The translations under genes were made by a program, and so were the position numbers. A stretch of DNA of 64,000 bases from an uncultured delta proteobacterium (GTDB lineage: Bacteria; Desulfobacterota; Binatia; UBA9968), in contig CAWFJP010000003.1 in assembly GCA_963816145.1 (NCBI GenBank), forward strand, positions 512,001-576,000. Reading direction: 5' to 3'. How positions within the stretch are numbered: position 1 is the first letter of the stretch; each line of letters starts with the position of its first letter. Below are positions 50,081-59,849 of the stretch, piece by piece. Below the pieces are notes generated by a model. The model was not told the DNA's origin. It worked only from the letters and a program-made list of their open reading frames with translations, and did no database searches.

Positions 50081-51463
50081 ATGGCTAAAGATCTGCCCAG
50101 TTTTATCGCCAAAGAAGGCGCCACCCGCGAAGGCGCGGTGATTCGCGAGAAAAATTTTATCGACGCCAACAACTACGAAACCGTCGCCTACTTGAAGCAT
50201 CTCGACGTCCGCAACGAACCCAAAATGGTGTTATTCGAAAATGTGCCGGCGCTGAACGGCCAGAAGTCCGGTTTCCCGATGTTCTACAACCCCTGGGTAT
50301 CGCGTCAATACATCGCCGATTCCCTCGACATGGGCGACATCAAGTCACCGATGGAAGTCAGCCTGGAAGTTGCCAATCTCGAACAGCAACAGGGCAAACT
50401 TGAAGTGATTACCCCGGAAAAGGCGCCGGTAAAGGAAGTCATATTGACCGGCGATAAGGCGGACTTGAGAGTGCTGCCGATGCCGATGCATCAAAAAGGC
50501 GATTCCGGCCCCTATCACACCATGACCTGCGCCATGAAGGGCTTGGGTCAGGAATTCTACGACATCACTTTTACAAAAAATAAGTTTCACGACCCCAAGC
50601 ATATGAGCTTCTCGGCGCACAAGCATCATCACTTGGAAGCGATGGCTTGCGAGTATGAGGAGAATAATCTGCGCGCCCCGGTGATCGTCATTCTCGGCCA
50701 TCACCCGGCATTTTATCTCTCGTCCTGCGCCATGACCGCCATGGGCAATAACGATTACCTGACCGCTTCTGCGTTCCTGAAGGAACCACTGCGGGTCACG
50801 CCATCGACGACTTGGGGCGATAAGTTCATGGTTCCCGCCGACGCTGAAGTCATTATCGAAGGCGAGATCCTGCCGGGCGTGCGCAAGCAACAGAACCCGT
50901 TCGGCGAGATCTTAGGTTACGCTCAACCACCGATGGACGTGCCGGTCATCGAAGTTACCGCCATCACCCATCGGCGCGGCGGCATCGTCGAGGACTTCTG
51001 GCCCGGCCATATGGACCATTGGAACCTTGGCTCCGTGCCCAAGGAAGGCAGCACCTATAACGTCATCAAAAAAAACGTCCCCGGCATCAAAGGCATCCAT
51101 CTCGCCGCGTCGGGCTGCGGTCGCTGCATTTGCTACATCTCGATCAAAAAAGAGTTCGAGAACGAGCCCAACAAAGCCGGCATGCAGGCGTTCGTCGAGA
51201 TGCCCAACTTAAAGCTCGCCGTCATCGTCGACGACGACATCGATGTGTTCAACGAACGGGAGGTCATGTGGGCGGTGGCGACCCGCGTTCACTGGGACAA
51301 AGACATCGAGATCATCCGTGAAGTCCAAAGCTTCCGCGGCTGGTTGGGCGACGCGGTCGCAATCATCGACGCGACGATTCCGTTGAAGTCGAAATCCGAA
51401 TGGCCCGTGCGCAACGAAGTCGAATCCGCAGCCTTCGAGCGAGTCGCGAAGTTCTTTAAATAA
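50081..51463 (+). CDS. UbiD-family (prFMN-dependent) decarboxylase
   Basis: DL..LP, D.GPY, VPADAE.IIEG, PFGE..GY and VDDDIDVF....V.WAVATR motifs. Confidence 0.9.
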   Translation: MAKDLPSFIAKEGATREGAVIREKNFIDANNYETVAYLKHLDVRNEPKMVLFENVPALNGQKSGFPMFYNPWVSRQYIADSLDMGDIKSPMEVSLEVANLEQQQGKLEVITPEKAPVKEVILTGDKADLRVLPMPMHQKGDSGPYHTMTCAMKGLGQEFYDITFTKNKFHDPKHMSFSAHKHHHLEAMACEYEENNLRAPVIVILGHHPAFYLSSCAMTAMGNNDYLTASAFLKEPLRVTPSTTWGDKFMVPADAEVIIEGEILPGVRKQQNPFGEILGYAQPPMDVPVIEVTAITHRRGGIVEDFWPGHMDHWNLGSVPKEGSTYNVIKKNVPGIKGIHLAASGCGRCICYISIKKEFENEPNKAGMQAFVEMPNLKLAVIVDDDIDVFNEREVMWAVATRVHWDKDIEIIREVQSFRGWLGDAVAIIDATIPLKSKSEWPVRNEVESAAFERVAKFFK

Positions 51464-51475
51464 AACTCGGGAGGA

Positions 51476-51538
51476 AATGGAGTATTGGAGTGATGGAGTA
51501 ATGGAGTTCCGCCCAGCACTCCAATACTCCGTCACTCC
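51476..51538. repeat. octamer array (NNTGGAGT x4) followed by its inverse (ACTCCNNN x3)
   Basis: aatggagt attggagt gatggagt aatggagt ... actccaat actccgtc actcc. Confidence 0.75.
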
Positions 51539-51550
51539 GGTAATTTACCC

Positions 51551-51898
51551 ATGGCCGACAAACTTAAATTTATCTACAAAGCCACCTGAACCACTTGCCG
51601 CAAAGCAAGAAGTTTCTTGCAATCGAAAAAAGTAGATTTCGAAGAGAGAGAATACGGTAAAACTCCGTTCACTGAGCAAGAGCTGCGGGAGATCATCGGC
51701 GACAGTCCGATCGAGCCCTTTCTCAGCACTCGTACGCCACTTTACAAAGAAAAACACATGAAGCAGAAGCCGCCAAGCAAAGATGAGGCGATCAAGCTTA
51801 TGCTCAGGGATGCAAATCTATTGAAGCGTCCTGTTTTTATTAAAGGTAAAAAGAAACTAACCGGTTTCAACGAAGCTGAAGTAAAAGAATTACTGTAG
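51551..51898 (+). CDS. ArsC/Spx/MgsR-family selenoprotein (UxxC), 115 aa
   Basis: ATG 51551 gives MADKLKFIYKAT-TGA(51587)-TTCRKARSFL, in frame with the 51617-51898 ORF (LLKRP motif). The TGA occupies the first Cys of the family CxxC motif. Confidence 0.85.
51605..51620 (+). promoter_or_regulatory. putative bacterial SECIS hairpin
   Basis: GCAAGA-AGTT-TCTTGC stem-loop starting 16 nt after the UGA, with G at loop position 2. Confidence 0.55.
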
Positions 51899-51901
51899 CA
51901 G

Positions 51902-53059
51902 CTAGGCTATCCAACCGGATGCAACTTTCTGCCGCGCTAGGAGCACCGTTTGTGCGGCCAGTTTCGGGGTCGCCGCGAGCGCCGTGAGATGCCCCATTTT
52001 ACGGCTGGGGCGCGGCTCGATTTTACCGTAGAGATGAAGCTTCACATCCGGCAGCGCACAGGCCGCCGGCCAATTGGGCTCTCCTGCCTGCCACAAGTCT
52101 CCCAATAAATTGGCCATCGCCGCTGCGGCGACGAACTCGGTCGAGCCTAGAGGCAGGCCACAGACGGCTCGCAGTTGTTGTTCAAACTGACTGGTGCGCG
52201 AGGCGTTGATCGTCAGGTGACCCGAATTATGCGGCCTCGGCGCCAGTTCATTGACTAGGATAGCGCCATTTCGCGTCAGGAAAAACTCGATGCACAACAC
52301 GCCGACGAGTTCGAGCTTTTGCGCCAGCGCGCGCGCAACTTCGATCGCCTGCGAAGTCGCCGTTTCTGACATCTGCGCTGGCGCTGTGGACAGATCGAGT
52401 ATGTGATGCTTGTGGCGGTTCTGGATCGCACCCCAGTGAGCGAAGCTGCCATCCAGGCCGCGCGCCAGCACCACAGAAAACTCCAACTCGAAATCGACGA
52501 AGCCTTCCGCGATCATCTCCTGCCCGCCGCAACTTTCGAACGCCTTGGCAGCCTCTTCTAGACTGGCGACCTTCGCTTGGCCCTTGCCGTCATAGCCCGA
52601 GCTGGCGGTTTTGAGAATCGCCGGCAAACCGGTCTGAGCGAGAGCCACGGAGAGATCGGTCTTGCTACGCACCGGAGCGAAAATTGTTGTCGGGAAACCG
52701 CTCCGTGACAGAAAAGTCTTTTCCCGCAAACGATTCTGGGTCGTATGCAACACCGCGCCCCCGGGACGCACCGGCACATAGGCAGCCGCCGCGTCGACAC
52801 AGGCGGCCGGCACGTTTTCAAATTCGAAGGTGACCGCTTGAACTCCGCGGGCGAAGCCTCGCACCGCGTCAAGATCGTCGTAAGAGGCAGCGATTTCGAC
52901 ATCGGAAACCTGTCCGGTCGGCGTATCCGTCTCAGGGGAAAACGTGTGAACGCGGTAGCCCATTTGGCGCGCCGCAATGGCGAACATCCGGCCCAACTGG
53001 CCGCTGCCGAGAACGCCGATGGCTGCGCCTGGAAGTATCGGTGTAACGTTGCGGCTCAC
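51902..53059 (-). CDS. purK: N5-carboxyaminoimidazole ribonucleotide synthase
   Basis: [34 protein letters not shown] and RKMGH. Confidence 0.97.
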   Translation of the reverse strand: MSRNVTPILPGAAIGVLGSGQLGRMFAIAARQMGYRVHTFSPETDTPTGQVSDVEIAASYDDLDAVRGFARGVQAVTFEFENVPAACVDAAAAYVPVRPGGAVLHTTQNRLREKTFLSRSGFPTTIFAPVRSKTDLSVALAQTGLPAILKTASSGYDGKGQAKVASLEEAAKAFESCGGQEMIAEGFVDFELEFSVVLARGLDGSFAHWGAIQNRHKHHILDLSTAPAQMSETATSQAIEVARALAQKLELVGVLCIEFFLTRNGAILVNELAPRPHNSGHLTINASRTSQFEQQLRAVCGLPLGSTEFVAAAAMANLLGDLWQAGEPNWPAACALPDVKLHLYGKIEPRPSRKMGHLTALAATPKLAAQTVLLARQKVASGWIA

Positions 53060-53550
53060 GGCAACTTTTGCTGGCGCACGCCGGCAGTTTGATTGGCCCG
53101 GAACTGACGTAGTCTCTCACGCAGCTCGGGTCGTGAATTGGCGAGAATTGCGATAGCCAGTAACGCCGCATTAACCGCACCGGCCTTACCGATTGCCATG
53201 GTTCCAACGGGTATGCCGCCGGGCATCTGGACAATCGATAACAGTGAATCCATACCCTTGAGCGCGGCACTTTCGACCGGGACACCGAGCACGGGAATCA
53301 GAGTCTGGGCAGCGGTCATACCGGGCAGATGCGCCGCGCCGCCGGCGCCGGCGATGATCACTTCGATGCAGCGGCTCTCGGCGCCGGCGGCAAATTCGCT
53401 CAACCAACCCGGCGTCCGATGCGCCGAGACAATCAGACATTCATGGTCGACGGCGAAATCTTTCAAAGTCGACGACGCATGCTGCATGGTTTCCCAATCC
53501 GATTGGCTGCCCATAATGACGCTAACAATGGGTAATGTCGCTTGTGCCAT
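53056..53550 (-). CDS. purE: N5-CAIR mutase
   Basis: [25 protein letters not shown] and SIVQMP.GIPV. Confidence 0.97.
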   Translation of the reverse strand: MAQATLPIVSVIMGSQSDWETMQHASSTLKDFAVDHECLIVSAHRTPGWLSEFAAGAESRCIEVIIAGAGGAAHLPGMTAAQTLIPVLGVPVESAALKGMDSLLSIVQMPGGIPVGTMAIGKAGAVNAALLAIAILANSRPELRERLRQFRANQTAGVRQQKLP

Positions 53551-53898
53551 GAATCCGCAATCCTTGCTGCGTTAAGTTCAACTGCGATGGTTTAGCCTCT
53601 TACAGAGCCAAGCATAAGTCAATCCGTGAAGTTCAGGAATTGGCTCTCAACTTAGTGGGTGCGGGCTTAGAACGCGGATGGCCATGCCGCTTCAAAGTGC
53701 GAATTGTTCATTGCTGTGAAGCACGCAATGACGGGGTTCACATTTATGCCGTCGCGCCAAATCATCTTGGAATGAAACCAAAAAAAGATTGCGTTCTGAA
53801 AGCATCGCTGCTATTTCTTCCAAGGTTTACGGCGGCCTGGAAGCACGAGCCGCCCAGGAAATCCATACATAACTTGCGGCGCAGAAAGATCTGAGGTC

Positions 53899-54072
53899 AT
53901 GAATCTCAACGACGAAATTTGTCCGCCAAAAGATCCCCTCGGAACGGTCCCGATATCTCCGTGGGTTATTGGCCGCGATAAAAGTCTCGTGCATCCTGAC
54001 CCAACATTCCCCATGGAGCCCGGCTCCGGATGGGCGCAACGAGATTTCGATTATTCCTATCGGTGGTGCTGA
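53899..54072 (+). CDS. putative 57-aa small protein directly upstream of dabB
   Basis: GAGG then ATG 53899: MNLNDEICPPKDPLGTVPISPWVIGRDKSLVHPDPTFPMEPGSGWAQRDFDYSYRWC*. Ends 17 nt before the dabB ATG; below the ORF-track cutoff. Confidence 0.45.
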   Translation: MNLNDEICPPKDPLGTVPISPWVIGRDKSLVHPDPTFPMEPGSGWAQRDFDYSYRWC

Positions 54073-54089
54073 CGAAGTTCTGTCTGACT

Positions 54090-56684
54090 ATGAGTTTCCA
54101 CGAATACCCGTTTCTTATATTGCTCGCTCCGTTGGCGGCGGCCCCCATCGTCGGCCTACTCGGACAGAGTCTCGGCCCGAAAATTTCCCGGGTCGGTGTG
54201 GCGGCGGAGGTGATCGCTTTCGCGCTATCGCTAGTAGTTTTATATGAGGTCAGTTCCAGCGGGCCTCAGACCAATCATTTTGCCCTCGGGCGTGACGGGA
54301 CCTGGCAATTGACTTTGTACATCGATCGATTATCCGCGGTAATGCTGGCGCACATAGCGGCGATCAGCACCATGATCCATCTCTTTTCGAGACGTTACAT
54401 GCAACAGGAGCGCGGTTATGCGCGCTTCCACAGCCTGCTGGCATTTACTACATTCGTGCTGTTCGGCATGGTCTCAAGCGCCAACCTGCTAACGCTATTT
54501 GCTTTTTGGCAACTGGTCAGTTGGCTGCTGCCGCTGATGTCATACAATTACGAGCATCTTCTGACAGTGCGCGGGGCTTTTAGAACCTTCGTCATGCAGC
54601 GCATCGGCGACGTCGCCTTCCTCGCGGGCATTCTCCTGGCGTACAAGTTTTACGGCACGCTTGACCTGCAGCAGCTATTTGCCCGAGCCGCTGAAGCGCG
54701 AACCGCGGTGTCCCTCTGGCCTGGCGGATTTGACGTAAGTCCCAGCACCGCTGTGGCCACTTTGATCTTTGTCGGCGCGATGAGCAAGTCGGCGCAGTTT
54801 CCCTTGCACATGTGGCTACCCGATGCCCTCTACGCCCCCACGCCGGTCACCGCCCTCCTGCATGCCGGAATCATCAATGCTGGTGGATTTCTCTTGACCC
54901 GACTGGCACCGCTCTACGCTTCGAGTCCGGCCACGCTTCATTTGGTTTTCGCCATCGGGTTGCTCACGGCTGTCCTCGGTTCATCCATGATGCTGGTCCA
55001 AAATGACATCAAAAAGACCTTGGGATACTCGACGATCGGTCAGATGGGTTTCATGATCATGGAATGCGGATTGGGAGCCTTCGGCTTGGCGATCTTCCAT
55101 TTGATCGCTCATGGACTATTCAAAAGTTCGATTTTTTTGAATTGCAGTTATGTGATTCACGCCGCGCGCCAAGAGCCGCGACAACCGCGCCGAGACGGAG
55201 CTAACGAGCCTGCCGAGTTTTCAAGCCTTGCCTGGATAACGGGCTTTGCCACCACCCTTATTCTACCGTTGATCATCTTACTTGCGGCTCACGGCATACT
55301 GAACATTCCGCTGGGAGATTCGCAAGGCACGACGATTTTTCTCTTCTTTGGATGGGCCACATCGTCCCAAGCGATTTTGACTCTTTATCGGCTCAGGGCG
55401 GTGGCATCCTGGAAAATCGCAGTGAGCATGCTCTGTGTCCTATTCATCGTTGTTGTCACCTATCTGTTCGCCGCGGAAAGTTTCACCAACTTCCTATTTC
55501 CAACGCCTGGCGAAGTGGCACAGCACTATCGCGCCGGTGCTTTGCCCGCCGCGCTGTTCGACTTGTTGGTCGCCGCCTTTGCGCTGGTCATCATCGTCGG
55601 CTGGATCCTGATTTACGCCGTGAGCCATGGACAAAACATCCAGACGCCGCAATGGGCGAAAACAATCCAACTGCACATTTATTTGCTATTAATCAACCGT
55701 CTCTATCTCGATACCCTGTCGACGAGGCTTCAGTCACCGGTGGCGTATGCGATCGACGGGCTTAATCGAAGTCGCGCCTTGCCCTACATGATCGCTTTGC
55801 TCGCTGTCGTTCCGGCGTTAAGGGCCGCTGATCAGTTGCCGGACATATCACCGTTGCAAATCGCCCAGTGCATCGCCGTAGCGATTCTGCTGCCGCTTTT
55901 TCCGTTTCACGGCGCCTTCGTTAAGGCAATCACGCGTTCGCGAGGATACTTGAAACCACTTCTCGCGTTATCGCTGCCGATGCTAGGATCCTACTGGCTC
56001 GCCAACTTGTCGAACGAATTTCCCGCCCCAATTCTCGGCGCCGTGCGGCTGCTCGCCCTGCTCGGCGCACTGTACGGTTCACTCAAAGCATTGGCCCAAA
56101 TCCGCGTTCCGGAGCTATTGGCTTTCGCCAGCCTCGCTTCCTTTTCCACCCTCTGGTGGATCTTTGCCATCGCGGGAACCTTGGACCGGGCGGGCCTTGT
56201 CTACGTCACAGCCATAGCACTGCCCGCCTCTGGCCTGTTGCTAGCATTTCAATTCCTACGAAGACGTTACGATGCCTTGGAAATAGACCGAATGCATGGA
56301 TTGGCGCGGGTCATGCCCCGGTTCGCCGTGGTATTCTCGCTGTTCGTCATGGCTGCCGTCGGCCTGCCATTCTTTGCCCTCTTCTCGGCGCAGATGGAGC
56401 TATTGCTTCGATCCTCTCTGAACACTTCGTGGGAATTAGTTGTCATTTTACTCAGCTGGTTTCTGACTTCGTGGTATTTATTCAGAATGATGCAGCGGCT
56501 TTTGTTCGGGCGCCATCGAGAGGAGATGCGCTACGTGGATCTCCGAGCCGGAGAATGCACCGGGCTGATGATTGTACTGGTCATCCTAGCCATGCTCGGC
56601 ATCGCCCCGTCCGCATGGCTCCAAGCGCCGCTGTCAGCGAACCTTCACGAAAGCGCCATGGAGACGATACTGTGGCTCAAGTAG
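54090..56684 (+). CDS. dabB: DAB/DAC inorganic carbon transporter membrane subunit (NuoL-like) with a C-terminal NuoM-like extension
   Basis: IDRLSAVM, RIGD, KSAQFPLH.WLPD...APTPV.ALLHAGIINAGG, KK.LGYSTIGQMGFM and HLIAHGLFK; the C-terminus carries GLA..MP.FA......A.VGLP; adjacent to dabA. Confidence 0.88.
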   Translation: MSFHEYPFLILLAPLAAAPIVGLLGQSLGPKISRVGVAAEVIAFALSLVVLYEVSSSGPQTNHFALGRDGTWQLTLYIDRLSAVMLAHIAAISTMIHLFSRRYMQQERGYARFHSLLAFTTFVLFGMVSSANLLTLFAFWQLVSWLLPLMSYNYEHLLTVRGAFRTFVMQRIGDVAFLAGILLAYKFYGTLDLQQLFARAAEARTAVSLWPGGFDVSPSTAVATLIFVGAMSKSAQFPLHMWLPDALYAPTPVTALLHAGIINAGGFLLTRLAPLYASSPATLHLVFAIGLLTAVLGSSMMLVQNDIKKTLGYSTIGQMGFMIMECGLGAFGLAIFHLIAHGLFKSSIFLNCSYVIHAARQEPRQPRRDGANEPAEFSSLAWITGFATTLILPLIILLAAHGILNIPLGDSQGTTIFLFFGWATSSQAILTLYRLRAVASWKIAVSMLCVLFIVVVTYLFAAESFTNFLFPTPGEVAQHYRAGALPAALFDLLVAAFALVIIVGWILIYAVSHGQNIQTPQWAKTIQLHIYLLLINRLYLDTLSTRLQSPVAYAIDGLNRSRALPYMIALLAVVPALRAADQLPDISPLQIAQCIAVAILLPLFPFHGAFVKAITRSRGYLKPLLALSLPMLGSYWLANLSNEFPAPILGAVRLLALLGALYGSLKALAQIRVPELLAFASLASFSTLWWIFAIAGTLDRAGLVYVTAIALPASGLLLAFQFLRRRYDALEIDRMHGLARVMPRFAVVFSLFVMAAVGLPFFALFSAQMELLLRSSLNTSWELVVILLSWFLTSWYLFRMMQRLLFGRHREEMRYVDLRAGECTGLMIVLVILAMLGIAPSAWLQAPLSANLHESAMETILWLK

Positions 56685-59600
56685 CAACACAGCCCTACAG
56701 CGAGAGTCAGCGGATGCAGCTGAGAACGCTGATCCGGCTTGCGAGCGAGACGATCGCCTATTATTGGCCGATGCGAACATTCGTGCATCACAACCCGCTG
56801 CATGGCCTCGAACATCTGCCATTTGAAGAAGCTGTCCAGACAGCTCAGCAAGCACTCGGCGGCAAAGGTTATTTGTCCAACGACAGCTTTCGCAATTACT
56901 TTCGCGCTGGACGCATTCACCCACGTCATCTCGACGCCGTTCTCAAGTCGCGCGCCCGTTCCGAGCAGGTGAAACTGGGAGTGACCGAGATCACCCATTT
57001 GGACGCTCTACGTGCCGCCATGATCGGCGATACAGCCGCGCCAGCGGAGGACAAACTTGACGCCTTGCTTAATCGCCATCCCGATCGTCATACCATCGCC
57101 GCGCTGACGAATCGTCTGCATACCAGAGCGGCGCCACTACCACCCCAGGGAAGCGCCGCGGAACCCCATGATCTTGGACGCAGTGAGAGCTTGGCCAGTT
57201 GGTGCGATCGCACTCTGGGCACGCAGATTAACGAGCAAATCAACCGCGAAATGATCAAGTGGTGCGAAGCCTTTTTGGACGAAGGACATGCGACCTGGCG
57301 GATGCCCCGCCGGGAAAAAGGTTTCCACGCCGCCTGGAAATTTCTCGCGGAACGGGAGTGGTCTCCCTGCGGCATCAAGAACAATCGGGAACAACTGGCC
57401 TGCTTGCCGGCCCAGGCTGAAGACTCGCTCCTCGAAAGCATCGGTATGCTGGGCATCCCACCAGAGTCGTGGCAGGACTACTTTTCATTGCATCTCGCCG
57501 CATTATCGGGATGGACCGGCTTCATCAAGTGGCGCGCCGATCAGAGCGAATACGAGTGGCAGACCGCCTACCCCATCGATCTGGTGCAGTACCTCGCAGT
57601 GCGATTATGGTACGAGCGCGCACTTGTGCATCAGGCTTGTCGCGAAGCCCTGGCCATCGATGGCAACTTTGCTGCTATCTCGGCCGAGATCGGAAAGCGC
57701 GTCGGTAAATCGGCGGCGAAATCCTCCGACCGTAATGGAAAACAGCTCAGCGATCGCGCCGCCGCCTGGAGACTCGTTCACCTCGTTTGCGCACTGGAGT
57801 TAGAGCCGACACTGCTGACGCAAACACCTGGCGAGACTCTGCAGATCGTTCTGGACTGGATGAATGACTTCCCGGAGTCGGCACATGGCCCCATATGGCT
57901 CAAGGCCTTCGAAGACGGCTACCGGGAACAACTACTGGAGAAACTCCGATTCAAAATTGGCCGATTCAATGAAATTCCGCCGCGCCAGAGTCTCGCCGGC
58001 GCATATGACGAAAACATCGAAGTGCCAGCCGAGAATCAAGTTCGGCCCCAGGCCCAAGCCGTGTTTTGTATCGACGTGCGATCGGAGCCTTTAAGGCGAA
58101 ACTTGGAGGCCACGGGTGACTACGAGACTTGCGGTTTCGCCGGCTTTTTCGCCGTCGCGATCCGCCACCAGGCGCTCGGCAGTCATCACGAAACCGATCA
58201 ATATCCGGTAATCCTGAAGAGCAAAAATCTCGTCCGGGAAATACCCCGGACCTATCAAGGTCAGTTCATCTTCCGACTCCGCCACCGAGAGAAACTTCTC
58301 GAAGCTTTTCATACCTTGCTCTACGATCTCAAGGAAAACGTTGTCACGCCCTATGTCATGGTCGAGTCGTTAGGTTGGTTTTACAGCTTGCCGCTCGTTG
58401 GCAAAAACATTTGCGCCGCACGCTATCGAGCTGCCGTGGACTGGATTCGACGCAAACTCGTTCCGCCGGTCGCGACGACCTTGACCGTGGACAAACTAGC
58501 GCGGGAAGAAGTGGAGGAAATGCTAGCGGCCGAGCAACGCGCAACGACACGTCGCGCGCTGCAGGAAAAATTTGGCGAGCGCAATTTGAATTTATCATTG
58601 GAGCGACTGGAGTTTCTGCGCAGGCGCGCGCTGGATGAGCAGAGCGTCGGCGAACCGTCGCTGCAGGCGCGCTCCATCGCCCTATCACCGGAGGAAGAAG
58701 CCGAATTCATCGAAGATCTCCGGCGTCGCTACGGCATCAACCAGGGCGGCGCCTTCGCGCGTATGGAGCGGATCACCCGAACCGGCTTCACTCTCAGCGA
58801 GCAGGTCCTCACCGTCGAAACCGTACTCCGGATGATCGGCTTGACGACAAACTTCGCCCGTCTCGTGCTGTTTTGCGGCCACGCAAGTAGGTCGGAGAAC
58901 AACCCCTTTGAAGCTGCCCTCGACTGCGGTGCTTGTGGCGGCAATGCAGGCCGGCCCAACGCACGTGTGCTCGCGATCATGGCCAACAAATCACCCGTGC
59001 GGGAGCAACTAGCCAAAAATGGCATCGTCATACCTCAAGACACGTACTTCATCGCCGGACAACACAACACAACTACGGATGAGGTCGATCTTTTCGATTT
59101 GGAAGACCTGCCGCCGACGCACCGCAAAGACTTGTTGCAAGTCGCCCGCGACCTTGAACGTGCCGGCGCGCGCAACAGCCAAGAGCGCTGTGCGCGATTC
59201 CCCGAGATCAACGAAAGCCTGCGCGCTTCGAAAGCCCGGCGGGAGGTGCGCCGCCGGAGCAGCGACTGGAGCCAAGTCCGGCCGGAATGGGGTCTGTCCG
59301 GAAACGCGGCCTTTATCGTCGGTCGGCGGGCTTTGACCCGCGGCGTACATCTCGATGGGCGAGTATTTCTGCACTCCTATGACTATCGGGGCGACCCTGA
59401 AGGAAAGCTGCTCGAGGCGGTGTTGACCGGTCCACAGATTGTCGCCCAATGGATCAACATGGAGCATTACTTTTCCACCGTAGATCAAGATGTATACGGC
59501 AGCGGCAGCAAGATTTACCATAACGTGGTCGGCCGCGTGGGGATCATGTCGGGTCCCCAAAGCGACCTGCGCACCGGTCTGGCATGGCAGACCGTCATGA

Positions 59601-59803
59601 ACGGCCCGCGCCCCTATCACGAAGCCATGCGGCTATTTACCCTGATCGAAGCACCGAGAGACAGAATTGACAGGATCGTACGAAACCAGCGACTATTGCA
59701 ACGACTTTATGACAACGAATGGATGCACCTCTTTGCCATCGATCCGGAGGTGCAGCTATGTTACCGCTATATTCCCAAACAAGGATGGAGTGGAAGTTTG
59801 TAA
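56672..59803 (+). CDS. dabA: DAB/DAC catalytic subunit (DUF2309/UPF0753, beta-carbonic anhydrase-like)
   Basis: WP...FVHHNPL.GLE, FCIDVRSE, CGH, LDCGACGG, H.TTTD, RPEWGL, GR.FLHSYD and WINMEHYFS. GTG start at 56672 with a GGAG RBS. Confidence 0.93.
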   Translation: MAQVATQPYSESQRMQLRTLIRLASETIAYYWPMRTFVHHNPLHGLEHLPFEEAVQTAQQALGGKGYLSNDSFRNYFRAGRIHPRHLDAVLKSRARSEQVKLGVTEITHLDALRAAMIGDTAAPAEDKLDALLNRHPDRHTIAALTNRLHTRAAPLPPQGSAAEPHDLGRSESLASWCDRTLGTQINEQINREMIKWCEAFLDEGHATWRMPRREKGFHAAWKFLAEREWSPCGIKNNREQLACLPAQAEDSLLESIGMLGIPPESWQDYFSLHLAALSGWTGFIKWRADQSEYEWQTAYPIDLVQYLAVRLWYERALVHQACREALAIDGNFAAISAEIGKRVGKSAAKSSDRNGKQLSDRAAAWRLVHLVCALELEPTLLTQTPGETLQIVLDWMNDFPESAHGPIWLKAFEDGYREQLLEKLRFKIGRFNEIPPRQSLAGAYDENIEVPAENQVRPQAQAVFCIDVRSEPLRRNLEATGDYETCGFAGFFAVAIRHQALGSHHETDQYPVILKSKNLVREIPRTYQGQFIFRLRHREKLLEAFHTLLYDLKENVVTPYVMVESLGWFYSLPLVGKNICAARYRAAVDWIRRKLVPPVATTLTVDKLAREEVEEMLAAEQRATTRRALQEKFGERNLNLSLERLEFLRRRALDEQSVGEPSLQARSIALSPEEEAEFIEDLRRRYGINQGGAFARMERITRTGFTLSEQVLTVETVLRMIGLTTNFARLVLFCGHASRSENNPFEAALDCGACGGNAGRPNARVLAIMANKSPVREQLAKNGIVIPQDTYFIAGQHNTTTDEVDLFDLEDLPPTHRKDLLQVARDLERAGARNSQERCARFPEINESLRASKARREVRRRSSDWSQVRPEWGLSGNAAFIVGRRALTRGVHLDGRVFLHSYDYRGDPEGKLLEAVLTGPQIVAQWINMEHYFSTVDQDVYGSGSKIYHNVVGRVGIMSGPQSDLRTGLAWQTVMNGPRPYHEAMRLFTLIEAPRDRIDRIVRNQRLLQRLYDNEWMHLFAIDPEVQLCYRYIPKQGWSGSL

Positions 59804-59849
59804 AACCGGCTGTCACTCTACAAAGCATGCCATTGAAAGGAGACCGATC

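Noticed and set aside
8690-51538. CRISPR array from the short tandem repeats
   Set aside because: Units are 6-9 bp without unique ~30-bp spacers, and there are no cas genes
56156-56671. 172-aa N-terminal extension of DabA (1215-aa ORF)
   Set aside because: It overlaps dabB in another frame and reads as shadow sequence; GTG 56672 has an RBS and precedes the first conserved motif
54090-56684. Respiratory complex I nuoL or Mrp antiporter
   Set aside because: No other nuo/mrp genes are present and it is coupled to DUF2309, which defines DAB/MpsAB
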